Shown here one piece after another: positions 1-9,934 of a stretch of DNA of 64,000 bases (the first letter of the stretch is position 1; each line of letters begins with the position of its first letter). The notes below the pieces were generated by a model. It had not been told where the DNA came from, did not search any database, and worked only from the letters and a program-made list of their open reading frames with translations. Origin of the DNA: Tolypothrix carrinoi HA7290-LM1 (GTDB taxonomy: Bacteria > Cyanobacteriota > Cyanobacteriia > Cyanobacteriales > Nostocaceae). The DNA lies in the NCBI GenBank assembly GCA_019358935.1, contig JAHHIK010000002.1, positions 105,507 to 169,506 on the forward strand, in the 5' to 3' direction. Both the position numbers and the translations under genes were made by a program.

Positions 1-1116
1 TTCCTGGGTATATGTAACGGCAGTATTTCTCGCTGCTTTACTCATTTCTATGCGAATCGATTCGTTAGCAGCTAAAAAATCTAGTTTTTCGGTAATAGCT
101 TTTTCGTCTCTGGGTGGTACAATAAATCCATTAACGCCATCTTCAATCAAGTCAGCAGCACCGCAATGAGAAGTGACAATTACAGGAAGTCCGCACGCCA
201 TTGCTTCGAGTGCTACCAATCCAAAACCATCTTCAACAGAAGGCAAAATGAATACTGAACACCGACTAAAGACTTGTTGGGGATCTTGGCTATTAAAATT
301 CCAAAACTCTTGTTTAATATGAGAATTTTGACTTAGTGTTTTCTCTACTAAAAGTCGCATTTTACGAGTCGATGTACCTCCAACTAATAACAATTCAGAA
401 TTAGGTATTTTAGCTTGCAAAAAGGCAGGAATTAAATACTGAACACCTTTACGCGGTTCAATAGTACCTACATAAAGTGCGCGAAAAGTGGAGTCCGTTT
501 TAGGAGAGGGATAAAACCTTTCAGTATTAATAAATGGAGGAAGAACAGTAATCTTATCTGCCGGAAACCCTGCATCAATAAATGTTTGTTTGGCAACCTT
601 TGAAAGAACGACGATTAAATCAGCTTGTTTGCACTCCTGTGAAAATCGTTGCAGCATCTTTGGATTCATGGTTGCTACAGTAGATTCTCCAAGAAACTGT
701 AGTTCTTGCTGAATTTGCTCTTGCATGAAGGGGAGATAATTATTGAGGCAATATAGCCAAGCCTTGGCACCTTTTGCTTTAGCTGTTTTAAAAGCTAGAT
801 GAGTTTGACCTGCTACCCCCATAATTAAATCGCAGGGAAGGAGTTGTAATTTTTTGCTTACTTGTTTGTCAAAATATAAATCGCTCAACAGTACAGCCCA
901 ATCATTGCGACGACGCAGCAGCGGTGTAGCAAGTAATCGTCTGCTCGATGCAGAATAACCGACGGGATAAACTGAGAAATCGGTTTGAGGTGTTTTAACA
1001 TCTGCACAAATTACAGTTAAATCTGCTAGTTCGTTAAAACCTGCTGCTGCATTTGCTAAACAAACTCCCTGTCCTCCTGTACCTAAGCCTGTGTTGCAAG
1101 TGAGAATAACTTTCAT
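1..1116 (-). CDS. Glycosyltransferase family 4 (GT-B) protein; 3' end runs off the window
   Basis: Not in the ORF track because it is truncated. Manual translation from the ATG at 1116 gives MKVILTCNTGLGTGGQG... and later ...FILPSVEDGFGLVALEAMACGLPVI..., the GT4 E-x7-E motif. Confidence 0.85.
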   Translation of the reverse strand, partial: MKVILTCNTGLGTGGQGVCLANAAAGFNELADLTVICADVKTPQTDFSVYPVGYSASSRRLLATPLLRRRNDWAVLLSDLYFDKQVSKKLQLLPCDLIMGVAGQTHLAFKTAKAKGAKAWLYCLNNYLPFMQEQIQQELQFLGESTVATMNPKMLQRFSQECKQADLIVVLSKVAKQTFIDAGFPADKITVLPPFINTERFYPSPKTDSTFRALYVGTIEPRKGVQYLIPAFLQAKIPNSELLLVGGTSTRKMRLLVEKTLSQNSHIKQEFWNFNSQDPQQVFSRCSVFILPSVEDGFGLVALEAMACGLPVIVTSHCGAADLIEDGVNGFIVPPRDEKAITEKLDFLAANESIRIEMSKAARNTAVTYTQE

Positions 1117-1138
1117 GATTAACTTTTTACATTGTCAG

Positions 1139-2560
1139 TTAGTTAGTAACGGTTGAATTTGAGCAAACTTTGTCTAAAATTTGGAAGTAATTTTCAACTA
1201 AGTTTATGTAGCTAAGTTCTTGTTGGAGAGCAGTTCGATCAAATGTCAGGGGACTACCTGAAAATTTTGCTGCGGCTACTTGGGCAATTACTTGAGCCAT
1301 TGCTTCTGTATCTGTTGGTTCAACTAGCCAAACTCCTGGTTTATCCTTTAAATAATCCCAGTTTTCACCTTTAGGTACTGCTGCTAAAATTGGGCGATCG
1401 CTCATCAGATATTCGTAAGTTTTACATGAAATCCGTCCTCCAGAAGATCCATCTGCTCGATTGGGCAAAGTTATCAGTAAAAGGTCTGCTTGTCTGGCAT
1501 TTTGAATTGCTTGGGAGTGGGGTAAAGCACCGAAGACAGAAACGACATCTGTCAGATTTTGATTTTGCAACACCTTTTGTACTACAGATTCCGGGAAGCT
1601 GTTTCCGTAGATTTTTACATGAATCTTGTTCTCCCAGTTAGGATTTTGGGACATCGCTTGCTGCGCTGCTTTGCCAATAAAAATCGGACTCGAACTGCGG
1701 TAATCGATTTTTATCCTTTCATAGCTGCCTAACTTCATCCAAGCTCTGTAAAGTTTTTTAGGTAGTGTGTGTTCTTCAGGGCGATGATAAAAGTCATACC
1801 AGCCATTCATGCCGCCAGTATAAACAATTTTGAACGATTCGCTAACTACCGAATCAACGGGGGTGGAAAAATCCAACGGATCGGCACCGCAACGAATCAA
1901 GTGAAACTTTGATTGTTGGGATTTCGGTTGTCGTTTTTTGACAAGTTCCAGATTAAATTGGGAAACGTAAACTATTGCATCAGCTTGACGCACATAAAAA
2001 TTTTCTAGCCATCGTTCTAGCTGATGATGCAGCCAACTAGCAGAAACTGGATGCATATCAGTGCAACTAAGCGAGTCATCCAAGCTCAACACTAAAGGCA
2101 AACCTGTAAGCCACTTCAGGGCAATTCCTACTAAACCGGCTGAGTAAGGCATCATAAATACAAAAATAGCGCTACAGTTCTGCCGCTTAATTAACTGATA
2201 CCCTTTTATTAATGCCGGAATAAACCAAAAAATTTTGCTATCTGGCCAGATCAAGAACATTAATAATTTATCTAGTTTCAGCTTGCCGATAAATTCAATT
2301 AAACGTTTTGGATACCAGCTTTTAACAAATTCGACGCTAGCGGCTTCATTCAAATAACCATTTTCTGTTCCAGTTAATATATTAATTTGCCAATGTTTTT
2401 GGAATTGTCCTAACAATTTTTTTGCTCTGATGGCAATCGGTTCCCTCAAGGGTGGTAGGTCATGGGCTATACAGAAAAGTGTTTGAGGATGTGGCGATTT
2501 TGAAGCGACATTGGATGTAGTAAAATAAGTATTGTTTTTAGAAGAAATTGATTTTGTCAT
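1139..2560 (-). CDS. Glycosyltransferase (GT4-like), heterocyst envelope polysaccharide cluster
   Basis: 473-aa ORF with ADAIVYVS, ADLLLI and KTYEYL..RPILA, typical of the GT-B C-terminal domain. Lies directly downstream of hepA. Confidence 0.75.
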   Translation of the reverse strand: MTKSISSKNNTYFTTSNVASKSPHPQTLFCIAHDLPPLREPIAIRAKKLLGQFQKHWQINILTGTENGYLNEAASVEFVKSWYPKRLIEFIGKLKLDKLLMFLIWPDSKIFWFIPALIKGYQLIKRQNCSAIFVFMMPYSAGLVGIALKWLTGLPLVLSLDDSLSCTDMHPVSASWLHHQLERWLENFYVRQADAIVYVSQFNLELVKKRQPKSQQSKFHLIRCGADPLDFSTPVDSVVSESFKIVYTGGMNGWYDFYHRPEEHTLPKKLYRAWMKLGSYERIKIDYRSSSPIFIGKAAQQAMSQNPNWENKIHVKIYGNSFPESVVQKVLQNQNLTDVVSVFGALPHSQAIQNARQADLLLITLPNRADGSSGGRISCKTYEYLMSDRPILAAVPKGENWDYLKDKPGVWLVEPTDTEAMAQVIAQVAAAKFSGSPLTFDRTALQQELSYINLVENYFQILDKVCSNSTVTN

Positions 2561-2662
2561 AACTATTATTACTAATTTTTGAGAAATATAATAACACCCT
2601 GTTTTGGGGAATGCGATCTAAGTATTATTTAAATTTATTCGCTTGGGGACGAGGACTTTGGG

Positions 2663-2698
2663 AAATGCAGAACCTTGTTTAATAAAGGTTCTGCATTT
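2663..2698. terminator. 14-bp perfect stem-loop between hepA and the downstream GT (terminator or mRNA-stabilising hairpin)
   Basis: AAATGCAGAACCTT-8 nt-AAGGTTCTGCATTT. Confidence 0.55.
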
Positions 2699-2750
2699 TA
2701 GAGAACGTCAATTTCTCGATTTGGCAGGCTGCCCATTCGCTCAATGGTAG

Positions 2751-4601
2751 CTACTCTACTTGACCCATTTCATATTGTGTTTTGTGATATTCCCAAAGCT
2801 TGCCGTGTCGCTGTAGTAATTCTTGATATTTGCCTTGCTCTACTATACGTCCTCCTTCGAGTACTACGACTTTATCTGCTTGAGCGATGGTGGAGAGACG
2901 GTGAGCGATCGCAATTACTGTTCGACCTAGAGAAAGTTTTTCTAAAGACTCCTGAATCAAGCGCTCGGTCATAGAATCTAAGGCACTGGTTGCTTCGTCC
3001 AAAATCAGAATTTCTGGATCGCGCAATAAAGCACGAGCGATCGCAATCCGCTGCCGTTGTCCTCCAGATAATCGAACTCCGCGATCGCCAAGTTGTGTTT
3101 CAAAACCTTCTCGCATCTCTTCAATAAATTCCAGTGCATTCGCTAGTCGAGCTGCTTCTTTGATTTCAGCTTGAGTTGCCCCTTGTGTACCGTAAGCAAT
3201 ATTATTCCAGACAGAAGTGTTGAAAATAAATGTATCCTGACTTACCACAGCCATTTTGCTCCGCAGTGAGTTGATTTCAAATTGCCGCAAATCAACTCCA
3301 TCAATCAGCACATGACCTTCTGTAGGATCGTAAAATCGGGGAATTAAATCAATCAGCGTACTTTTACCAGCACCGGTCGCTCCTACCAACGCTGTCGTTT
3401 TTCCCTGTTCAATGGTAAGGGTAACATTGTTCAGCACTAGATGACTGGGATCGTAGCCAAAATCCACAGATACTACGTCAATGGAATGCTTTAAGCCAGC
3501 AAATTGAATTGTACCGTTTTGCAAATAATGTTTATTGTCAGTTCTCAAAAGCTCTTTAATATTATCTGCTGAACCTTGCAGTGTACTAAGACCCGCTCTG
3601 ACTCCATTAAAATCCTGGACGATTGGCACGATCCGAAACAATACAAAGAAGAATGTCAGTAATGAAGCAACTTGTAGTGTTCCATTAACAACAAAAATAC
3701 TAAACGCAAAAATAATCATACCGATGAGAATCGTGCTGGCTATACCTTCTGCCAGAGGTCTCACCATTGCAAAAGTTAATACAACTTTCGTTGAGGCACT
3801 TACTACATTATCACTAGCTTTCTGGAAGCGCCGGCGCTCAAATTCTTGAGTAGCAAATGCATTCACGGTGCGAATACCGTTAATAAATTCCATTGCTGTT
3901 GAAGTAAATTGACCGTTAGCAGCCGAAACTGCAAAACTTGTTTCTCGCGCTCTGGCATTCAGGGTTGACAATCCCACTCCCACCAGGGTAAATAGTAACA
4001 ATGAAATAATAGAAAGCTGCCAGGACAGCACAAACATTGAGATAAAGTAGACAGTAGCTGTTATTGCTCTGGTTAGCAGAAAAGCTGCACCACTAAACCA
4101 CTGCTTTATCCTCTCAATTTCTGTTGTAATGGTATTAAGAAGTTCGCCAGTACGAGTTTTAGAAAAGTAACTGAGTGGCAAGGATTGCAGCTGTTCAAAA
4201 ATTCGCCTCCGCAAGCGATCGCCCAGATGTAATTGTACTAACTCAGTGTATACCTGTGCCAAATAATTGAATCCTGCCCGAATCCAGGTACTCAATAAAA
4301 TTAAAATAGATATTTGGTATAGACGACGAATTGGCGATGCATTAGAAGCCAGAACCCAGATATCAAACCAGGCAACTCCTGTCTGAATTGGCTTGGCATT
4401 TGGAGTCGTTAACCCTTGCAAAAACTGCAACAGAAAACCGATAGTAAAACCCTCAAATGTTGCACCCAAAAATGAAAAAACTAAAGCCAGAATGGTGATT
4501 TTACGAAAGTGTTTAAACTCTCGCAATATTAAATAGTTTTTCTCCCAAAACTTGGTAGTCTTAAACAAATTGCGAAATGATTGCGAAAGTTTTAAAATCA
4601 T
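2751..4601 (-). CDS. hepA: Heterocyst differentiation ABC transporter (fused TMD-NBD) HepA
   Basis: 616 aa with an N-terminal TM domain, Walker A GATGAGKS, LSGGQRQR signature and ILILDEATSALD. Adjacent to hepC, as in Anabaena. Confidence 0.85.
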   Translation of the reverse strand: MILKLSQSFRNLFKTTKFWEKNYLILREFKHFRKITILALVFSFLGATFEGFTIGFLLQFLQGLTTPNAKPIQTGVAWFDIWVLASNASPIRRLYQISILILLSTWIRAGFNYLAQVYTELVQLHLGDRLRRRIFEQLQSLPLSYFSKTRTGELLNTITTEIERIKQWFSGAAFLLTRAITATVYFISMFVLSWQLSIISLLLFTLVGVGLSTLNARARETSFAVSAANGQFTSTAMEFINGIRTVNAFATQEFERRRFQKASDNVVSASTKVVLTFAMVRPLAEGIASTILIGMIIFAFSIFVVNGTLQVASLLTFFFVLFRIVPIVQDFNGVRAGLSTLQGSADNIKELLRTDNKHYLQNGTIQFAGLKHSIDVVSVDFGYDPSHLVLNNVTLTIEQGKTTALVGATGAGKSTLIDLIPRFYDPTEGHVLIDGVDLRQFEINSLRSKMAVVSQDTFIFNTSVWNNIAYGTQGATQAEIKEAARLANALEFIEEMREGFETQLGDRGVRLSGGQRQRIAIARALLRDPEILILDEATSALDSMTERLIQESLEKLSLGRTVIAIAHRLSTIAQADKVVVLEGGRIVEQGKYQELLQRHGKLWEYHKTQYEMGQVE

Positions 4602-4900
4602 AAGTATTTTTTATACAAGATTTTATCAAGGTAGACAAAGCGATCTCAGTACTATACAAAAAACTTGCTTAGGAAATAGCGCGGCAAATGAAGTCATCAA
4701 TTACCGCACATTGGTACAGAATGCTTTGGAGATGTCAGGACAAGAATAAAGTTGCAGGGTGTGAATTTGTGGAAGCAACCAGTATAACTGCCATCAATTA
4801 ATTTTTGAGACATTTGCTTTACGATCCGACCCGCATGGATTGAAAACTTTATACATTGAGTAACTAGTATCCTACGTAAACGTCTTACATCATAAGTAAA

Positions 4901-5749
4901 TCACGATGTTTGACTATCCAAATGCAATTTGTTTGAAGTCTCTACCTCCCAAGAACCTGTAATTCCTGGCAGTTTATTGAGTTCTCGTTGTTTTTCCGAA
5001 CTTAACCGCACAGCTTCTTCCAAAGTCCAGCAACGCGGTCCGACTAAACTCATTTCGCCCTGGAGAACATTAAATAACTGTGGTAGATTATCTATATTGT
5101 ATTTACGCATCCAATGCCCTAGGCGTGTGACGTTTTGCTCATCTTCTGTGAGAGAGAAATTGGTGGCGCAAGCGTAGACGCAAAGCGGACTTGAGTCAGA
5201 GATCGCTTTATCTTCTAGGGTTTTTTTGTTTAGCGCAGTTGTGCGAAACTTGATCGCCCGAAACAGTTTACCGCGTTTTCCTACGCGCCACTCACGCTCA
5301 AAAAATGCTCCTGGGGAGTAAACACGCATCAGCAAAACTAATATCAGCATTACCGGACTGACTGCAAGCAAAAATACTAAGGCAACAATCCAGTCAAATA
5401 GCCGTTGCAACGATCTCCACGGACTACCTTGTTTGGACAGCTGTTCGGCAGAGGGTATGCGTAAAAATATTGGCTTCGACGCTTGTTCACACGCACTTGC
5501 CCAAACTTTTAGCCAGTACTCACCCAGCTTTGGATCTATGCGAACCAAACTTACTGGCGAATGTTCTAAGCACTTTACCAAGGATTGCTCTTTATCCAGT
5601 GAAGGCAGATATGGCTGCAAAACTTGTCCAGGAGCTTTCACCAACAATTGACCCCTTCGCCACTGGAGTGTGCAGTATGAACTACGATCCTGGTCTTGCT
5701 TGGTCACAGTATAGTAATTCTCTAAAGGCGGAATTATCGAAATTGTCAT
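4901..5749 (-). CDS. hepC: Heterocyst development sugar transferase HepC (bacterial sugar transferase family)
   Basis: YCTLQWRRGQLLVK N-terminal motif, RVGKRGKLF..KFRT and LPQLFNVLQGEMSLVGPR. Upstream of hepA. Confidence 0.85.
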   Translation of the reverse strand: MTISIIPPLENYYTVTKQDQDRSSYCTLQWRRGQLLVKAPGQVLQPYLPSLDKEQSLVKCLEHSPVSLVRIDPKLGEYWLKVWASACEQASKPIFLRIPSAEQLSKQGSPWRSLQRLFDWIVALVFLLAVSPVMLILVLLMRVYSPGAFFEREWRVGKRGKLFRAIKFRTTALNKKTLEDKAISDSSPLCVYACATNFSLTEDEQNVTRLGHWMRKYNIDNLPQLFNVLQGEMSLVGPRCWTLEEAVRLSSEKQRELNKLPGITGSWEVETSNKLHLDSQTS

Positions 5750-7026
5750 ATGTTTTTCAGCTTATACAGTGGTAGATTGCCGACCTGACATCATAGGACT
5801 ATCAATGCCAAATACTCTTGCCAAATCTTGCTTTATACTCCAAAAAGGTGATGTTAATTAGGTGGAAAACATGAAACTATAACTTGCTTTATAGGCAAAT
5901 GCACATCTTTCAAAACTTTTTCTAAAAAATGTACAAAAAAGTAACAATGCTAGTTCTTAGATAAATCTAAAAAAATAACTCCACTTTTTTGTTCTAGCTT
6001 TTTGGAGGAGGATTCAATATCTAGAATATAAGATACTGTAAAAATGACCATTGTTTAGATAGATTCTTTATTTACTCTTTAAATAGCCCGTCTGTTTCTC
6101 AGAGAATTATTAAGTTCATATGAATCCACTATCGTAGATCTACCCAATAAGCCTTTTATTAATATCGGTAAGTAATTCTAACATGATTGTATGAATGACT
6201 ATCAAACATAAGCTTAATTAACAAAGCACCAATAGAATCTATAACGCTCAATCAACCAGAAAATACACAAAAACTTTATATATTCATCTGATTTGATTTT
6301 CGCTCTTTTACAAAGCCGATACCAGGAGCATTAGAAAAAAGAAGAATTCTCAAGAGAAGACGCGCTTAATTACGTTTACTCCTGTTTTACTCTTCCCTGA
6401 TGTGGTCTACTTGAGAGTAGGATTGCAAGCAAACAATACCGAGTAAGTAGCAATAAACGAAGGAGGTTCCCAGCCCCCTACCGATGAAAATGTTTTTATC
6501 GCTGAAATATTCTTTGTAAAATTATTAACATTTAGCCGAAATCTGAAAAAAAGCTAATATTGCCCATATTAAAGGTATCATTGCTTTCGCTCCCTAAACT
6601 ACTATCTTTTGGTAGAATTTTTTCTGGCACTTGCGCGATCGCTTGAAGAAATCTGCGTACAAAAGTTATATTTTATACTTAATTTTTCAATTTAACCTAC
6701 CCTAAGGCAAAATTTCCTCTCTTGAGCCGCTCTCAAAAGAAAACTAAGTATAGTGGGTATTTTATTATCTACCTTGCTAAAAACACCTATAACTAGTAAA
6801 TTAGGTTATTTAAGTTACTGCATTTTATCAAAATAATAGTATAAAAATAGCATGTTATACTGACTTATTTGTATCCCCAGAAAATTGTAGACGTGCAACG
6901 AAAGCAATTATTAAAAATGCCACCAATCAAAAGTTGCACAATCGCCACTGACAATTCAGAATAATATTGATTGCCAATGTCAAGGCAGTATTAGCAGCTC
7001 ATTAATTACGTAGAAATCAGTCAAAA

Positions 7027-7407
7027 ATGAAACAAGTAAACTTTTTAATAATTTTTATCTTTTGTTTAGCTTTGGCTTTATTTACTATAGAGAACACCAA
7101 ACTAGCAACAATTTATATTGTTCCTGGAGTACAGGTACAAGCACCGATAGCAGTTGAGTTGCTACTAGCGACTGGCTTAGGCGCAGTTTTTGCGTGGCTA
7201 TTTAGTATGTGGACACAATTGCAGCGACAACTATTGTCTAGTCCACAACGCAAACAAAATGTCCGAATTCAAGAACTAGAGTCCAAAATTGAACAGTACC
7301 AAGCCGAAGTTCAATCCTTACAACTTGCGCTACCTCCTTCCTCTGATTCCTCAACAAAAGAAACAGAGACGAATGTGCCGAACACACACTCTAGCAACGT
7401 CCAATAA
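7027..7407 (+). CDS. LapA (DUF1049)-family membrane protein
   Basis: Two N-terminal TM segments (F..EN motif) followed by a coiled coil. Confidence 0.7.
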   Translation: MKQVNFLIIFIFCLALALFTIENTKLATIYIVPGVQVQAPIAVELLLATGLGAVFAWLFSMWTQLQRQLLSSPQRKQNVRIQELESKIEQYQAEVQSLQLALPPSSDSSTKETETNVPNTHSSNVQ

Positions 7408-7459
7408 GTCTACAGGGACTATTTATCCACTAAAACACCGACTTACTTAGGACTTGTTG

Positions 7460-8263
7460 ATGGATCTACGCGAGCTATTGGAAACAATTGCACACCTGAT
7501 TCACCAAGCCGAACAGGGGGAAATTGACCCTTGGGATGTGCAGGTAATTGAGGTAATTGACCGTTACTTAGAATTAATGGCACCGGAAACAACACGTATT
7601 GGCTATGAAGCTGATTTATCGCAATCCGGGCAGGCTTTTTTGTCAGCATCGATGCTGGTGTTGTTCAAGGCAAACACCTTGATGCAAATGCAAGCAGCAG
7701 CAGATGAACCAGACGTTGTACTAGATGATGTACAAGGAGACAACGATCCGGGGTTAGTATATTCTCTTCATCGGTTGCCATTAGAACGGGCATTGCGCCG
7801 TCGTCCGGCAGCGATGCCACCGCCAAAACGCCGCGTGACTCTGCAAGAGTTGATCGAGCAATTGCAGATCATGGAGAATCAACTCAAACTTGTACAGAAA
7901 GTCAGCAAACCTATCCGTCCCCGGCGTCAGCCCAGCATCCAAAGTATGCGGGCAGCACTAGAGTTAGCTCACCAGGAAAATCTGACGGAAGTGGCACAAG
8001 AACTGGAGGAAGTATTGCATCTGTCAGCCACAAAATTGTGCTTGTCAGAAAATTGGTTGAATTTGGAACAGTTAGTAGAATTGTGGACTCAGACAAAGAA
8101 ACCATATCACAACAGTTCGGCACATAAATCAAAACACAGTCATCTAGTCAGCGTTTTCTGGGCATTACTATTGCTGTCGGCTCAATCTAAGGTAGAGCTA
8201 TGTCAAGAGGAATTCTACCAGGAAATTAAAATTCGCTTACTCTCAAATTCTCCCAATACCTGA
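7460..8263 (+). CDS. scpA: Segregation and condensation protein A (kleisin)
   Basis: GEIDPWDVQVIEVIDRYL, RRVTLQELIEQL and VFWALLLLSAQSKVEL..QEEFY. Start set at ATG 7460. Confidence 0.85.
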   Translation: MDLRELLETIAHLIHQAEQGEIDPWDVQVIEVIDRYLELMAPETTRIGYEADLSQSGQAFLSASMLVLFKANTLMQMQAAADEPDVVLDDVQGDNDPGLVYSLHRLPLERALRRRPAAMPPPKRRVTLQELIEQLQIMENQLKLVQKVSKPIRPRRQPSIQSMRAALELAHQENLTEVAQELEEVLHLSATKLCLSENWLNLEQLVELWTQTKKPYHNSSAHKSKHSHLVSVFWALLLLSAQSKVELCQEEFYQEIKIRLLSNSPNT

Positions 8264-8617
8264 TCGAATGTACCTGACTTTAAAGAGGAGGAAAGGGGGA
8301 AGGGGGAAGGGGGAAGGGGGAAGGGGAATAAGAGATTTTCATAATTACAGGTGTACGCAGTTCTTTCAGGACTAGTTGGTGCAAGTGTAAGGGGAGGAAC
8401 ACAGATGATTTACAGATTTTGATAAATGCAAACCCCAAAATCCGAGTAAATTGAAAAGATAACCGATCGCTTGTCATCTTGCGAGAGCCTATGCTTACAC
8501 GTAAAGCGAACATTCGTGTATAAAGTGCTTTTAAGGATGACTTAGAGCAAAAATAAACTGATGATTAAGTATCATTCGATCAAAGTAAACTGGCTTGTGG
8601 TTGAGGAATAAACTTTT

Positions 8618-9787
8618 ATGAAGGCGATGATTCTCGCGGCGGGTAAAGGTACTCGCGTGCGTCCGATTACCTACACAACTCCCAAACCGATGATTCCCAT
8701 CCTGCAAAAGCCAGTGATGGAATTTTTACTAGAACTGTTACGTCAGCATGGCTTTGACCAAATTATGGTTAACGTTAGCCATTTGGCTGAAGAAATTGAA
8801 AACTATTTCCGTGATGGTCAGCGGTTTGGCGTGCAGATTGCATATTCCTTTGAAGGGCGAATTGATGACGAAGGTAAACTGGTAGGGGAAGCTATTGGTT
8901 CGGCTGGCGGAATGCGGCGTATCCAAGACTTCTCGCCGTTTTTTGACGATACCTTTGTAGTGTTGTGCGGCGACGCTTTGATTGACCTAGATTTATCAGC
9001 TGCGGTTAAGTGGCATAAATCCAAAGGGTCGATCGCTACCATTATTACCAAATCTGTCCCACTTGAAGAAGTTTCTAGCTATGGTGTGGTCGTCACCGAT
9101 GAAGATGGTCGCGTCAAAGCATTCCAAGAAAAACCGTCAGTCGAAGAAGCTAAGAGTACCAATATCAATACTGGTATTTACATCTTTGAGCCAGAGGTAT
9201 TTAATTATATCCCCTCCGGCATAGAGTACGACATCGGTGGCGAATTGTTTCCCAAACTGGTGGAAATAGCTGCCCCCTTTTACGCCATTCCGATGGATTT
9301 TGAATGGGTAGATATTGGTAAAGTACCAGACTATTGGCGAGCGATTCGCGGTGTGCTGCTACGCGAAATTAAAAACGTGCAAATTCCCGGTCACGAAGTT
9401 GCTCCAGGAATCTACACTGGCTTAAATGTTGCCGTAAATTGGGACAAAGTGGATATCACAGGTCCTGTTTACATCGGTGGCATGACCAGGATAGAAGACG
9501 GCGCAAAAATTGTTGGACCGACGATGATTGGTCCGAATTGCTGGGTATGTAGTGGTGCGACTGTAGACAACAGCGTGATTTTTGAATACTCGCGCCTGGG
9601 TCCTGGGGTAAGCTTGGTTGATAAGCTGGTGTATGGGCGTTACTGCGTTGATAAAACTGGTGCGTCGATAGATGTCAAAGCTGCTGCTTTAGACTGGTTA
9701 ATTACCGATGCTCGTCAAGCACTACCATCTCATACCCCAGTTGAACGGCAAGCGATCGCTGAGTTGTTGGGGACAAACGGCAGTTAG
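8618..9787 (+). CDS. cugP: NDP-sugar synthase; cyanobacterial UTP-glucose-1-phosphate uridylyltransferase (CugP-type)
   Basis: MKAMILAAGKGTRVRPITY..PKPMIP nucleotidyltransferase motif plus a C-terminal left-handed beta-helix. Confidence 0.75.
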   Translation: MKAMILAAGKGTRVRPITYTTPKPMIPILQKPVMEFLLELLRQHGFDQIMVNVSHLAEEIENYFRDGQRFGVQIAYSFEGRIDDEGKLVGEAIGSAGGMRRIQDFSPFFDDTFVVLCGDALIDLDLSAAVKWHKSKGSIATIITKSVPLEEVSSYGVVVTDEDGRVKAFQEKPSVEEAKSTNINTGIYIFEPEVFNYIPSGIEYDIGGELFPKLVEIAAPFYAIPMDFEWVDIGKVPDYWRAIRGVLLREIKNVQIPGHEVAPGIYTGLNVAVNWDKVDITGPVYIGGMTRIEDGAKIVGPTMIGPNCWVCSGATVDNSVIFEYSRLGPGVSLVDKLVYGRYCVDKTGASIDVKAAALDWLITDARQALPSHTPVERQAIAELLGTNGS

Positions 9788-9934
9788 GGCATTGGGCATG
9801 GGGAATGGGGAATGGGGAATGGGGAATGGGTAATGGGGAATGGGTAATGGGTAATGGGAAGAAAGAACAATTACCTATTCCCCAATTACCAATTACCAAT
9901 TCCCAATTACCAATTACCTATTACCAATTACCAA
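9787..9934. repeat. STRR heptamer tracts in inverted orientation between convergent cugP and speA
   Basis: (GGGGAAT/GGGTAAT)n followed by (ATTACCA/ATTCCCA)n; can form a long hairpin or bidirectional terminator. Confidence 0.85.

Noticed and set aside
8284..8330. G-run tract as a functional G-quadruplex
   Set aside because: Indistinguishable from the many purine-rich STRR-type tracts in this window.
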